NCBI GenBank assembly: GCA_963650425.1
Contig: CAVJKV010000006.1
Span: 8,583-72,582 of the forward strand
Source of the DNA: Oscillibacter sp.
GTDB lineage: Bacteria; Bacteroidota; Bacteroidia; Bacteroidales; UBA932
Direction: 5' to 3'
DNA length: 64,000 nt
Of this stretch, positions 8,081 to 18,150 are shown piece after piece; position 1 is the stretch's first letter, and each line of letters opens with the position of its first letter. Made by a program: the position numbers and the translations under genes. The notes beneath the pieces were generated by a model. That model was not told the DNA's origin. It saw nothing but the letters and a program-made list of their open reading frames with translations, and ran no database searches.

Positions 8081-9289
8081 ATGAAAAACATAGCAGGATG
8101 GGCATTGGCACTCGTGGTGTCAATGCCCATTGTTTCTTCTTGTGAGAGCAAGACAGACGATTGGGTAGAGCCGATACTTGAGGTGAAAGTGAATCCGATG
8201 GAGTCCGCAAAGGGATCTCAGTTCCTTTCAGTGGAGGCGTCCGGCAATTGGACATTGACTGCAACCGATGCAGAGACCGGTGATGTCGCTGAATGGATTA
8301 CCTTTGAGCCGGCAAGCGGAAATGGCAGCATGTCAAGTGTTATCTTGACGGTGCAGGCAAACACCAGCAGTTCTTTGAGAACGGCTGAGATATGGCTGAA
8401 GGTCTCAAAGCATTCAACTACACTTGTTCTGGAACAAAAATCCGGATCTGATACTCCTTCACCTACACCAAATCCGGACCCGACTCCGACGCCGGATCCT
8501 ACTCCAACGCCTTCTGTTAAGGCTGGTTGGCTTGAACTTCCTGGTGTGCCTGAAGGCTGGGACTTCTTTTCACACAGTATGAAACTAGGTTCAGTGACGA
8601 CAAGAAACTATTCGTTCATCTGGGACTATGACAACCTTGTAGCCCCGTGGGTGGCATATCCGCTCAGCAACTGGAACATAGGCTCGGGCAGCAGAACGAA
8701 TGACTGGGGGCTTGACCCTCTCCTTCCGGCAAGCAAGCAGCCTGTTCTGTACAAGGGATTCAGTGCCGGCAATGCTGGATGGCACGCGAGGGGACATCAG
8801 ATACCTTCAGCCGACAGACTTGCGAGTGGCTGCAACCAGATGACGTTCTACGGTACAAATATGACGCCTCAGAGACAGGACAAATTCAACGGAACAATCT
8901 GGGCGAACCTTGAAAATATGGTGCGTACCTGGGCAAGATCGTCCGATACCTGCTATGTAGTTACAGGTTGTGTGACTAAAGGCAGCACGACCTACTGTCT
9001 TGACAACAATAACAAGAAGGTCACTATCCCGACCGCATATTACAAGGCAGTCCTGAGGTACAGTCGCAATTCAACTCTCGGTCGTTCCGGCTATATGGCG
9101 TGTGCTGTGTGGCTTGATCACAAGGATTATGACAATGCTGAGGTAACTTCCTCATACTCAATGTCGATAGATGAACTTGAAGAGAAATTGGGAATAGACC
9201 TGTTTGTCAATCTTCCGACTGTGATAGGCGAGGATGCGGCTGCAGCCGTCGAGGCGCAGGACCCTAAAAAAGTCTCGTGGTGGTGGTAA
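8081..9289 (+). CDS. Lipoprotein DNA/RNA non-specific endonuclease (NucA/EndoG type) with N-terminal BACON domain
   Basis: Lipobox VSSC, BACON domain, Pro/Thr linker, then RNYSFIWD, WVAYPL, ARGHQIPSADR, TFYGTNMTPQ, FNGTIWANLE, IPTAYYKAVL. Start moved from the track's 8069 to the ATG at 8081. Confidence 0.9.
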   Translation: MKNIAGWALALVVSMPIVSSCESKTDDWVEPILEVKVNPMESAKGSQFLSVEASGNWTLTATDAETGDVAEWITFEPASGNGSMSSVILTVQANTSSSLRTAEIWLKVSKHSTTLVLEQKSGSDTPSPTPNPDPTPTPDPTPTPSVKAGWLELPGVPEGWDFFSHSMKLGSVTTRNYSFIWDYDNLVAPWVAYPLSNWNIGSGSRTNDWGLDPLLPASKQPVLYKGFSAGNAGWHARGHQIPSADRLASGCNQMTFYGTNMTPQRQDKFNGTIWANLENMVRTWARSSDTCYVVTGCVTKGSTTYCLDNNNKKVTIPTAYYKAVLRYSRNSTLGRSGYMACAVWLDHKDYDNAEVTSSYSMSIDELEEKLGIDLFVNLPTVIGEDAAAAVEAQDPKKVSWWW

Positions 9290-9318
9290 CGGCGTGATAA
9301 TTAAAATATGACTGCATA

Positions 9319-10389
9319 ATGAGAAAATCACTTTACACAATTATTCTGGTGCTGCTTGTCTGTATGACAGCGTGCGCAGGGACTCCGAAAAGATATGTCC
9401 TCGGATTCTACAACGTCGAGAACCTTTTCGACACATACCACGATGACGGGAAGAATGACTATGAGTTCCTGCCGGACGGAAAGAACAAGTGGACCGAGCC
9501 GAAATACGAGAAAAAACTGCACAACGTAGCGACTGTCATCAAGGCTATGGCGGAAGAAAACAAGGCATTCCATACCGTACTGGGTCTCAGCGAGGTTGAG
9601 AACCGTCACGTGCTTGAGGACCTTGTCTCACAGCCGGAAATCGAGTCGGCGAACTACCAGATTGTGCATTATGACGGACCTGACAGACGAGGCGTTGATG
9701 TTGCGCTCCTGTATCGTCCTGACCAGTTTACTTTGGAGGAGAGCCTCTCCATACCATTCGACTTCAACAGCACAGACATTACATTCACGATGAACAAGGA
9801 GGAGCAAGACTACTTCCGTACCCGTGACGTGCTGATGGTTCGCGGAAAAATTGACGGGGAAATGTTCGCGTTCTTCGTTGCTCACCTTCCGTCCAGAATC
9901 GGCGGTAAGGGGCAGGACCTCAGAAGCCGTGGCGCGGAAATTATCTACGAGCATTCTCTGGATCTTATGAAGAAATATCCTGGAATCAAGATAATGGTGA
10001 TGGGGGATATGAACGACAACCCTACCGACGACAGTATGGTGAAATATATGCACGGCAAGGAATTTACATCAGAAGTCGGACGCGAAGACTTCTTTTCTCC
10101 GTTCCTTTCGATGCTCAAGGCGGGCTACGGCTCTCTTGCATACAGGGGAACCTGGAACATCTATGACATAATCCTCGTAAACGAGAGCCTTGTCAATGCT
10201 CCAAAGGGTGAACTCCGCATAGTCCCTATCGTGAAGAAGAAATACTACGGACGTGTGTTCAACGCTCCGTTTATGGTGCAGCAGGAAGGGCAGTACAAAG
10301 GCACCCCATTCCGCACATTCTCCAACGGTACATTTATCGGAGGCTACAGCGACCACTATCCAACATACATTGTGGTAAGTAATAAATAA
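9319..10389 (+). CDS. Secreted endonuclease/exonuclease/phosphatase (EEP) family nuclease
   Basis: FYNVENLFD, GLSEVEN, DRRGVDVALLY, HLPSR, MGDMNDNP, GYSDHYP; signal or lipoprotein peptide present. Confidence 0.9.
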   Translation: MRKSLYTIILVLLVCMTACAGTPKRYVLGFYNVENLFDTYHDDGKNDYEFLPDGKNKWTEPKYEKKLHNVATVIKAMAEENKAFHTVLGLSEVENRHVLEDLVSQPEIESANYQIVHYDGPDRRGVDVALLYRPDQFTLEESLSIPFDFNSTDITFTMNKEEQDYFRTRDVLMVRGKIDGEMFAFFVAHLPSRIGGKGQDLRSRGAEIIYEHSLDLMKKYPGIKIMVMGDMNDNPTDDSMVKYMHGKEFTSEVGREDFFSPFLSMLKAGYGSLAYRGTWNIYDIILVNESLVNAPKGELRIVPIVKKKYYGRVFNAPFMVQQEGQYKGTPFRTFSNGTFIGGYSDHYPTYIVVSNK

Positions 10390-10400
10390 TCAGCAAGTTA

Positions 10401-13364
10401 ATGTCTATAAATATGAATAAGAAACAGCTTTTGGCCATTTCAGCATTGCTTCTTTCCGTCGCAGTGTCAGCGCAGACACCTACCGGCGGCGTGAAGGGAA
10501 CAATTGTGGACAGGTCTTCCAAGACTGCCGTTGACGGTGCAGTCCTGAAACTGTATTCCGGTTCGCAGGAAATCGCTACGGTGAAGACCGGTCCGGACGG
10601 TTCATTTCTCATTCCGAAACTGAAAGATGGCGTGTATGACCTTGTCATCGAGAACTCCAGCTATCTGCAGTCCCGCGTAAACGTCACTGTCAATGATGGT
10701 TATGTGAAGAATATGTTCAAGCTTTCATTGACTCCGGTCAGCAAAGTAGGCGAGGTGGATGATGCAAGCTTCACCGAGTTCGATATGGATGATTCAGGTT
10801 ATTCTGACAGCCCTACAATTCTTTTCGGACAGAATGATGTCTTCAACAATATAGCAGGCTACAATTTCAGCTCAGTTCGCTTCCGTGTACGCGGATATTC
10901 CAGCGAGTCACAGGATGTGTATCTTGCCGGCGTGAGGATGAATGACGCCATCACCGGATACACTCCGTATTCATTGTGGAGCGGTCTTAACGAGGCTACC
11001 CGCAACAAGGAGACAGTGAACGGTGCGGAAGTTTCCGATTACGGATTCGGCGGCTACAACGGACTCACCAACATCGATCCGATGGCTTCCAAAGTGCGTA
11101 CAGGATGGAGAGGAAGTGTGCTGACCAACAGCGCGTTGTATCGTCTCCGCCTGATGCTTACCTATTCTTCCGGTGAGCTTGACAATGGCTGGTCCTATGC
11201 GTTCAGCGCTTCTGCTCGTCTTGGCGGAAACGATTGGATTAAAGGCGTTTACTACCGTTCGTTCGCATATTACGGTTCTGTCGAGAAGAATTTCAATGAC
11301 ATCCACCGCTTAGGCTTCACATTTATGGCAGCGCCGGGCCAGAGGGGAGTGCAGAACAGCTCTACCCAGGAGGTTTATGACCTTATGGGCGACAATATGT
11401 ACAACTCCAACTGGGGCTACTACAACGGCAAGGTCCGCAATGCCCGCGTGAAGAAATCTCACGAGCCTATTGCCATTCTCAAGTATGACTTCACTCCTGA
11501 GTCGCAGAAATTCAAGGCGTCTGCAGCGGTGCTGTACCGATTCGGAAAGAACGGCTATACAGCCATCGACTGGTATGATGCTCCGGATCCGCGTCCTGAC
11601 TATTACAGAAACCTTCCTAGCTACTTCTATATGGAAAACACTGACTACGACCGTCAGAACTACGCCAAGTATATGTGGGCAAAGGAAGCGTGGGAAAGCG
11701 ATTTGTCCACCACTACACACATAAACTGGGACAGGCTCTATGCTGTGAACTCGATGAACTCCACTTCCACCGGCAACCGTTCCAAGTATGTGATAGAGGA
11801 GCGCAGGACTGACCAACAGGACCTGAATTTTGCGACAAATGCCAAATGGAATCCTTACCGCTGGTTTACATTGACCGGGGGACTTTCCTACAAATGGAAC
11901 AGGACTGAGTACTACAAGGTTCTGGATGACCTTCTCGGAGGTGACTACTATGTCAATATCGACCAGTTCGCGGAGCGTGACTACAGTGCCAACGCGGCAA
12001 TGTACCAGAATGACCTTGACTACTTCATAAGTCACAACGGACAGGCGCAGATTCTCCACAAAGGCGACAAGTACGGCTATGACTATTACGCCAACGTGCA
12101 TCGTGCAGAGGCGTGGGCGACCGGACGTTTTACAATTGCCGGTCTTGACGCTGCTGTTGCAGGACGTCTCGGTTACACCAAGTTCTGGAGAGAGGGTCTT
12201 GTAAGAAAGGGACTTTTCCCTGGCCTTGACACAGAAGGCAATCCTTTTGATTATAACGGCGATACAATCACCAGCATTGACCCTATTACTGGTGATGTCA
12301 TCACATCGCTCGGCAAGTCCGAAATCAAGGATTTCCTTACAGGTGCGGGCAAAGTAAATCTCAGCTATGTGCTCAGGGGCGGTCACAGAGTTTATGCCAA
12401 TGCGGCGTTCATTGCAGATGCGCCTACATTCAATCAGGCGTTCGTCTCCCCGAGAACCAGAAACTCCATTGTTCCTGACCTCAAGACTACCAAGACTTTC
12501 ACAGCCGACATCAACTATGCCTACAGCAATTCAGGCTATGACGTACGTGTCACTGGATTCTATACAACCATCAAGGACCAGTCTGACGTGATGAGTTTCT
12601 ACGATGATGCACAGAACTCGTTCACTAACTTCGCTATGAGCGGTATTGACGAGCGTCACGTTGGTATGGAACTCGGCTTCAAGGTTCCGACTCCTGTTCC
12701 GAACCTTTCCGTGCAGGGTGTGCTGTCCTATGGTAAATATGTCTATACCTCAAATCCTGTGATGTATCAGACATACGACAACAGTGCAAAAGTCGTTGAC
12801 GGAACTTACGGCGTGACTATTCCGTATTGGAAGAGCCACCCGGTTTACAAGAAGGAGAATGGCGGATACGTTACAGATGAAGAAGGAGATTATGTTGTTG
12901 ATCACAATCAGGAGCATTACGTCCCTAGCACGCCTCAGTTCGCTGCAAGCCTCGGTCTCGCGTGGAACAAGAACTACTGGTTCGTGGACGCGGACGTGGA
13001 CTATTTCGACAAATCATATCTCGATATGAACCCTCTGTACAGAACAGATATGGCCACTTCCGGTCCTGACGGTCAGGTTACTCCTCAGGAGATTGAGTAT
13101 ATGGCAGCTCAGGAGAAGTTCAAGGGTGCTGTCCTTGTCAATGCAAGTGTCGGCAAATCCTGGTACATCAAGAGCAACTATCAGCTCGGTTTCTCATTGC
13201 AGGTCAAGAACCTCCTCAACCAGAAGGATGTCCGCACAGGCGGTTATGAACAGACTCGTCTCGTGGACAACACTGTCAGCAAGGAGCGCTACTACAGGTT
13301 TGATTCCAAGTATTTCTATATGAGCGGAATCAACTATATGTTGAACATTTATTTCAGATTCTAA
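10401..13364 (+). CDS. TonB-dependent receptor (non-SusC type) with carboxypeptidase-regulatory-like N-terminal domain
   Basis: Signal peptide, plug-like RFRVRGYSSE, a long beta-barrel region and a C-terminal YFRF (BAM signal); 987 aa. Confidence 0.85.
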   Translation: MSINMNKKQLLAISALLLSVAVSAQTPTGGVKGTIVDRSSKTAVDGAVLKLYSGSQEIATVKTGPDGSFLIPKLKDGVYDLVIENSSYLQSRVNVTVNDGYVKNMFKLSLTPVSKVGEVDDASFTEFDMDDSGYSDSPTILFGQNDVFNNIAGYNFSSVRFRVRGYSSESQDVYLAGVRMNDAITGYTPYSLWSGLNEATRNKETVNGAEVSDYGFGGYNGLTNIDPMASKVRTGWRGSVLTNSALYRLRLMLTYSSGELDNGWSYAFSASARLGGNDWIKGVYYRSFAYYGSVEKNFNDIHRLGFTFMAAPGQRGVQNSSTQEVYDLMGDNMYNSNWGYYNGKVRNARVKKSHEPIAILKYDFTPESQKFKASAAVLYRFGKNGYTAIDWYDAPDPRPDYYRNLPSYFYMENTDYDRQNYAKYMWAKEAWESDLSTTTHINWDRLYAVNSMNSTSTGNRSKYVIEERRTDQQDLNFATNAKWNPYRWFTLTGGLSYKWNRTEYYKVLDDLLGGDYYVNIDQFAERDYSANAAMYQNDLDYFISHNGQAQILHKGDKYGYDYYANVHRAEAWATGRFTIAGLDAAVAGRLGYTKFWREGLVRKGLFPGLDTEGNPFDYNGDTITSIDPITGDVITSLGKSEIKDFLTGAGKVNLSYVLRGGHRVYANAAFIADAPTFNQAFVSPRTRNSIVPDLKTTKTFTADINYAYSNSGYDVRVTGFYTTIKDQSDVMSFYDDAQNSFTNFAMSGIDERHVGMELGFKVPTPVPNLSVQGVLSYGKYVYTSNPVMYQTYDNSAKVVDGTYGVTIPYWKSHPVYKKENGGYVTDEEGDYVVDHNQEHYVPSTPQFAASLGLAWNKNYWFVDADVDYFDKSYLDMNPLYRTDMATSGPDGQVTPQEIEYMAAQEKFKGAVLVNASVGKSWYIKSNYQLGFSLQVKNLLNQKDVRTGGYEQTRLVDNTVSKERYYRFDSKYFYMSGINYMLNIYFRF

Positions 13365-13365
13365 T

Positions 13366-14403
13366 ATGAACAGGATATTATATGCGCTCGGCGCGATTGC
13401 AGCATCTGTATCGCTTCTGTCTTCTTGCGACGAATGGGAGCCTGTGTTCACGGGCGATTACGGCAAAGCGAATGTTTACAAGCCGGAGACCCTGGTGCCC
13501 AACAAGACAATTCTTGAGTTGAAGGTGCTATACAAGAAGGAACCTGTGAAAATCTCCGACAATATCATAATCGGAGGCCAGGTTGTGTCCGAGGACCGTT
13601 CCGGCAATGTGTACAAGAGTCTGTACATCCAGGATGCTACTGGAGGCATAGAGCTGAAGCTTGGCAAGACCGGCCTTTACAATGACTACAAGCTTGGCCA
13701 GTGGGTGTATGTCAAGTGCAGCGGACTTACTCTGGGGGCTTACAACGGTATGCTCCAGATTGGCTTCGAGGACCCTACGGGAGACTATGAGACTTCATAT
13801 CTTGATGTTCAGTATATCATTGATACTCACGTGATAAGAGGAGAGTTGGATACGCCTATGGAAGCGAAGAAAGTTGCCGAAGCTGACCTTTTGAAAGAGG
13901 AGAATCTCGGCTGCTATGTGGAGCTTGACGGCCTGACTTACGGCAATGAGGTGTTCTGCCTTATCTATGTTGATTCAAATAAGGACACGAAGGCAAACTC
14001 GAACCGCATTTTCCTCTCGAGTACAGGAAAGAATTACGCGCCGGTTTCAGACCCGACCTGGGGAATAACAACCTGGGCAATGACAAAACAGGGCTTCATC
14101 AATTATCTGAATGCCGGTTCATTTGACGAGGCTACTCTCGCCGATTATTCCAAGTCTGTTTCGGATTTGGAACTGAAGGACAAATTGTTTAATAACGCTT
14201 CGGCTTATTCTGTGAGCCAGTATTTCAAGATGGGTTCGACCGATGTGCAGGTGCGTACGAGCGGTTATGCCAAATTTGCTGATACCAAGATTGATCAGGC
14301 GATACTTGATGGCGCTAAGGTCAATATGAAGGGTATCCTCACGGTTTACAGCGGCAAGGCGCAGTTCACGCTCATAGATATTGACGGAGTCGAAATTCAG
14401 TAA
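13366..14403 (+). CDS. DUF5689-like OB-fold lipoprotein
   Basis: Lipobox LSSC; TILELK...IIGGQVVSEDRSGNVYKSLYIQDATGGIEL, VRTSGYAKFA, GILTVY. Confidence 0.75.
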   Translation: MNRILYALGAIAASVSLLSSCDEWEPVFTGDYGKANVYKPETLVPNKTILELKVLYKKEPVKISDNIIIGGQVVSEDRSGNVYKSLYIQDATGGIELKLGKTGLYNDYKLGQWVYVKCSGLTLGAYNGMLQIGFEDPTGDYETSYLDVQYIIDTHVIRGELDTPMEAKKVAEADLLKEENLGCYVELDGLTYGNEVFCLIYVDSNKDTKANSNRIFLSSTGKNYAPVSDPTWGITTWAMTKQGFINYLNAGSFDEATLADYSKSVSDLELKDKLFNNASAYSVSQYFKMGSTDVQVRTSGYAKFADTKIDQAILDGAKVNMKGILTVYSGKAQFTLIDIDGVEIQ

Positions 14404-14420
14404 TAGTCCGGTGAAGAGTT

Positions 14421-16430
14421 ATGAAAAAATCGATAATTTTAGGCGCAAGTGTCATTATGCTTTCAGCTTGTAGCGGAAATCCATTCCTGAAAGAGTGGAA
14501 AGACAACGGCGGGTTCCCTCCGTTCGACAAATTCAAAAATTCAGACTATGTGCCGGCAGTTATGGCCGGAATCAATGCGCAGAAGGCTGAGATAAAGGAG
14601 ATTGTGGACAACGACGAATTGCCTACATTTGAAAATACAGTGGCTGCGTATGAACTCTCTGGACAGGTGCTGGCCCGTGTCCTTGGCGTGCTCTACAATG
14701 TTTCTGAGTCGGATGCCACGGATGAGATTCAGGCGATAATGGAGGAAGTCACTCCGCTTGTCACTGCAAACAGCGATGACATCTTTATGAACAGGGACTT
14801 CTTTGAGAGGGTGAAGACGGTGATGTCTGATTCTCTTTCGCTTACGGGCGAACAGTATATGGTTACGAAGAAGTTGTACAAACGTTTCGTGAACAATGGT
14901 GTGGCTCTTGGAGAGGCTGAACAGGCACGTTTCCGCGAGATTAGTTCAGACCTTGCAGCATTGTCGCAGAAGTTCGGAAACAATCTTCTTGCGGAGAGCA
15001 ATGCGTTCAAGTCTGAGATTGGTATTCCGGTGTCTTCCTATCCTGTGTTTATGACTTCCTGTGAGGACCGGGCAAAGCGTGAGGCTGCATTCAAGGCATA
15101 TTCCACCAGAGGAAACCACGGCAATGAGAATGACAACAACCAGGTGCTTCTGGACATTGCCCGTCTGCGTGCGGAGAGGGCTCAGCTTCTTGGATATTCC
15201 TGCTCTGCAGACCAGATTCTCTCGGACAAGATGGCTCACGATCACGCGACCGTGGATGAGTTCCTTGACAAGATAATGGTTAAGGCTGTCGCCAAGGCAA
15301 AGGACGAGATAGTCCAGATGCAGAAATTTATGGACAAGGACATTGCTGCGGGCATTGTCCCTGCCGGTTCGAAGATTCAGCCTTGGGACTGGTGGTATTA
15401 TTCCGAGAAGGTGCGCAAGGCCCAGTATGATCTCAATGAGGATGAGACAAAGCAGTATTTCCGGCTTGACAATGTGCGCCAGGGCGTTTTTGAGGCGGCA
15501 GGAATGCTGTACGGTATAAAATTGACTCCTTTGCACGGATTGCCTGTGTATAATCCTGAAGCTGAGGTGTTTAAAGTGACTGATGCGGACGGCAGTGAAC
15601 TCGGTACTTTCATAACAGATTATCTTCCGCGCAGTACCAAGCGTGCGGGTGCGTGGATGTCCAATTTCAGGGAGCAGTATGTGGATGCCGACGGAAATGA
15701 CGTGCGGCCTATCATTATAAATGTCTGCAACTTCGGTCAGCCTGAAGATACGGTAAAGCTTCTCACTATCGACGAGGTTCAGACGGCGTTCCACGAATTC
15801 GGCCACGCGTTGCACGGAATGCTTTCAAAATGCCATTATGTGGATGTCAGCGGCACAAATGTAGCGCACGATTTCGTGGAAACATTCTCACAGTTCAATG
15901 AGAACTGGGCTTTCCAGCCGGAGGTGCTTGCAAAATATGCCCGTCACTACAAAAGCGGGGAGATTATCCCGGATTCGCTTGTAAGCAAGATCAACAATTC
16001 CCTCAAGTTCAACCAGGGCTTTATGACCACGGAGCTGTGCGCCGCCGCCATTCTTGATATGAAATGGCACGAACTCAGTGCCGATACGGACTGGTCGAAC
16101 CTTGATGTTGAGGCATTTGAGAAGGAAGTCTGCGCCAATATGGGGTTGATTGACGAGATTATACCGCGTTACAGAAGCACTTATTTCAATCATATCTTCG
16201 GAGGTGGATACGGTGCCGGATATTATGGTTATCTTTGGGCGGAGGTGCTGGACAAGGATGCGTTTGAATTTTGGGAAAGCAACGGTCTCTGGAATCCGGA
16301 GATGGCCCGCAAATTCAGGAGTATTTTCCTTGAAAAGGGCGGAAGTGTGGAGCCGATGGTGCTGTATCACGAATTCCGTGGTGCGGACCCTGATCCAGAG
16401 GCGCTTATCCGTGCACGTGGACTTGAATAA
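14421..16430 (+). CDS. dcp: M3 family metallopeptidase (peptidyl-dipeptidase Dcp-like), lipoprotein
   Basis: FHEFGHALH zinc motif, DFVETFSQFNENW, PRYRSTYFNHIFGGGYGAGYYGYLWAEVLDKDAF; lipobox LSAC. Confidence 0.9.
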   Translation: MKKSIILGASVIMLSACSGNPFLKEWKDNGGFPPFDKFKNSDYVPAVMAGINAQKAEIKEIVDNDELPTFENTVAAYELSGQVLARVLGVLYNVSESDATDEIQAIMEEVTPLVTANSDDIFMNRDFFERVKTVMSDSLSLTGEQYMVTKKLYKRFVNNGVALGEAEQARFREISSDLAALSQKFGNNLLAESNAFKSEIGIPVSSYPVFMTSCEDRAKREAAFKAYSTRGNHGNENDNNQVLLDIARLRAERAQLLGYSCSADQILSDKMAHDHATVDEFLDKIMVKAVAKAKDEIVQMQKFMDKDIAAGIVPAGSKIQPWDWWYYSEKVRKAQYDLNEDETKQYFRLDNVRQGVFEAAGMLYGIKLTPLHGLPVYNPEAEVFKVTDADGSELGTFITDYLPRSTKRAGAWMSNFREQYVDADGNDVRPIIINVCNFGQPEDTVKLLTIDEVQTAFHEFGHALHGMLSKCHYVDVSGTNVAHDFVETFSQFNENWAFQPEVLAKYARHYKSGEIIPDSLVSKINNSLKFNQGFMTTELCAAAILDMKWHELSADTDWSNLDVEAFEKEVCANMGLIDEIIPRYRSTYFNHIFGGGYGAGYYGYLWAEVLDKDAFEFWESNGLWNPEMARKFRSIFLEKGGSVEPMVLYHEFRGADPDPEALIRARGLE

Positions 16431-16451
16431 CAACTATAACCAAAAAACGTT

Positions 16452-17339
16452 ATGCGTATGAACAAGATTTTCGGACTGTTTGCAGCTCTTCTGCTGTCAA
16501 GCGTGTGTCTGTCTCCGCTTTATGCCCAGACGGACAAGACAATCAAGCGAAAAGTCGCAATCGGCAGGTTCTCCAATGAGACCCAATATGCCAAGGGGCT
16601 GTTCTATGACAAGGACAATGATCCTATGAGGAAGCAGGCTCTCGACATTCTTTCCTCCAAGTTGGCGGCCAGCGGTAAATTCATTCTTCTTGAGCGTGAT
16701 GATCTGGATGTGCTTGTCAAGGAGGCCGGCTCGGATATGAATAAAATCGGTGCTGACTATATCATTCTCGGTTCCATCACTGAGTTCGGACGCAAGGTGC
16801 AGGGTGAGCAGAAGGTGTTCTCTTCCACCAAGACCCAGACTGTTGAGGCGGGTGTAAGCATACGTATCGTTGAGGCTGCTACAGGACTGATTATCTATTC
16901 TGACGAGGCTAAAGGTTATGCCGAGACTACAGCAAAGCAGACGATGGGACTCGGTGGCACAGCCGGATATGACGCGACATTGAGCGACAAGGCGATTTCG
17001 GCTGCGTTGGGCAAGCTTGTGGAGAACATCATCAACAAGTGTATGGACAAGCCGTGGAAGTCTTACATCCTGGCTGAAGACGGAGGCTCGTATGTTATTT
17101 CCGGAGGCGCTTCACAGGGACTTGCAGCCGGTGATACGTTCAATGTATACAAGAAAGGCAAGATTGTTACCAATCCGCAGACCGGTCTGAAAATCGAGTT
17201 GCCGGGAACGAAACTCGGCACGGTCACGGTGCTTCAGACAATGGGCGATACGCCGGAGAGCGAGATTTCGTATTGCTCATATTCGGGCGATGCTCTGAAC
17301 AATGATTCTTTCAGTGATTATTACATATCTGACAAGTAG
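16452..17339 (+). CDS. CsgG/HfaB family protein
   Basis: KRKVAIGRFSNET, SGKFILLER, ADYIILGSITEFGR, and context with DUF4810/DUF799 genes. Confidence 0.8.
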   Translation: MRMNKIFGLFAALLLSSVCLSPLYAQTDKTIKRKVAIGRFSNETQYAKGLFYDKDNDPMRKQALDILSSKLAASGKFILLERDDLDVLVKEAGSDMNKIGADYIILGSITEFGRKVQGEQKVFSSTKTQTVEAGVSIRIVEAATGLIIYSDEAKGYAETTAKQTMGLGGTAGYDATLSDKAISAALGKLVENIINKCMDKPWKSYILAEDGGSYVISGGASQGLAAGDTFNVYKKGKIVTNPQTGLKIELPGTKLGTVTVLQTMGDTPESEISYCSYSGDALNNDSFSDYYISDK

Positions 17340-17341
17340 TT

Positions 17342-17683
17342 ATGAAACGGATTATTATAATTCTCATTGCCGCAATGGCGATTTGCAGCTGCGGCGTCGG
17401 TTCTTACTCGGTTACATCAGGTAAGGAAGATATAGCGTCGTTGTCATTCACTGCTGCTTCCAGCGAGCCTGTTCTCGTGGTCGTTGACGGGTCATCTGAG
17501 TTCAGCCTCTACACTGTAAAGCAGAAAGCTTACAAGTCTGACCGCAAAATCAAGGCTACTGCGCAGAACACGATTACACTCTCTCCGGGTCAGCACGATG
17601 TGACTGTCTATGTTTCAGGACAGCAGGTTTACAGCAAGAAATTGTTTCTGTCAGCTTCGGAGCACAGGGTGATTGACCTATAA
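17342..17683 (+). CDS. Small hypothetical lipoprotein (beta-rich, PEGA/Ig-like)
   Basis: Lipobox ICSC; ITLSPGQHDVTV; tightly packed within the operon. Confidence 0.7.
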   Translation: MKRIIIILIAAMAICSCGVGSYSVTSGKEDIASLSFTAASSEPVLVVVDGSSEFSLYTVKQKAYKSDRKIKATAQNTITLSPGQHDVTVYVSGQQVYSKKLFLSASEHRVIDL

Positions 17684-17697
17684 CAATTCCCGATACT

Positions 17698-18150
17698 ATG
17701 AAAAATTTATTTATCGGGCTGGCCTTCTGCCTTATGGCTTGCTCGTGCGGTGTGACGGCATCCGGTCCTCTCTATTATTGGGGCGGCAATACGAACGGCA
17801 CGACCGTGTATGAGAATCTGGCCTACAAGACATTTGACAAGCAGACGCCGGAGGTGACTTGTGCGCTTCTGGTGGCATATCAGAATATGGTAAGCAATCC
17901 GGGCGGTTCCAGAAAAGTTCCGCCTCCGGGAATATGCGCCGAATACGGTTATCTTCTTCTCAATCCGGAGACTGCCGCTATATTTGCGGAGCACGCCACT
18001 GCTGCGCAGAAGAAGGTGTTCGGAGATATTGACTACACTGCCGACTTCAGGGAGCGCGGAGGACTTATGATGGAGAAGGAAATAGAGTATTATCCTGAAT
18101 CTCAGAAGTTTATATTGCCTCTTATCAAGAAATTCAAGGAGAGATTATGA
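17698..18150 (+). CDS. DUF4810-family lipoprotein
   Basis: Lipobox ACSC; PLYYWG...Y, KVPPPGICAEYGYLL, EKEIEYYPES. Confidence 0.75.
   Translation: MKNLFIGLAFCLMACSCGVTASGPLYYWGGNTNGTTVYENLAYKTFDKQTPEVTCALLVAYQNMVSNPGGSRKVPPPGICAEYGYLLLNPETAAIFAEHATAAQKKVFGDIDYTADFRERGGLMMEKEIEYYPESQKFILPLIKKFKERL

Noticed and set aside
8452..8512. Pro/Thr repeat (also the Pro/Glu repeat near 29550-29640) as a mobile or regulatory repeat
   Set aside because: These are ordinary flexible linkers between domains of surface lipoproteins.
8069..10389. Nuclease pair as an anti-phage defence or toxin system
   Set aside because: Both have export signals and sit with a TBDT and surface lipoproteins, and no immunity or methylase gene is adjacent. 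Nutrient scavenging fits better.
11310..12386. 358-aa antisense ORF, and similar long antisense ORFs at 14946, 19259 and 32670
   Set aside because: They lie opposite well-supported genes, carry no recognisable motifs, and are expected from codon bias.
16452..17339. Curli biogenesis system
   Set aside because: No csgA, csgB, csgE or csgF-like genes or curlin repeats are present in the window.
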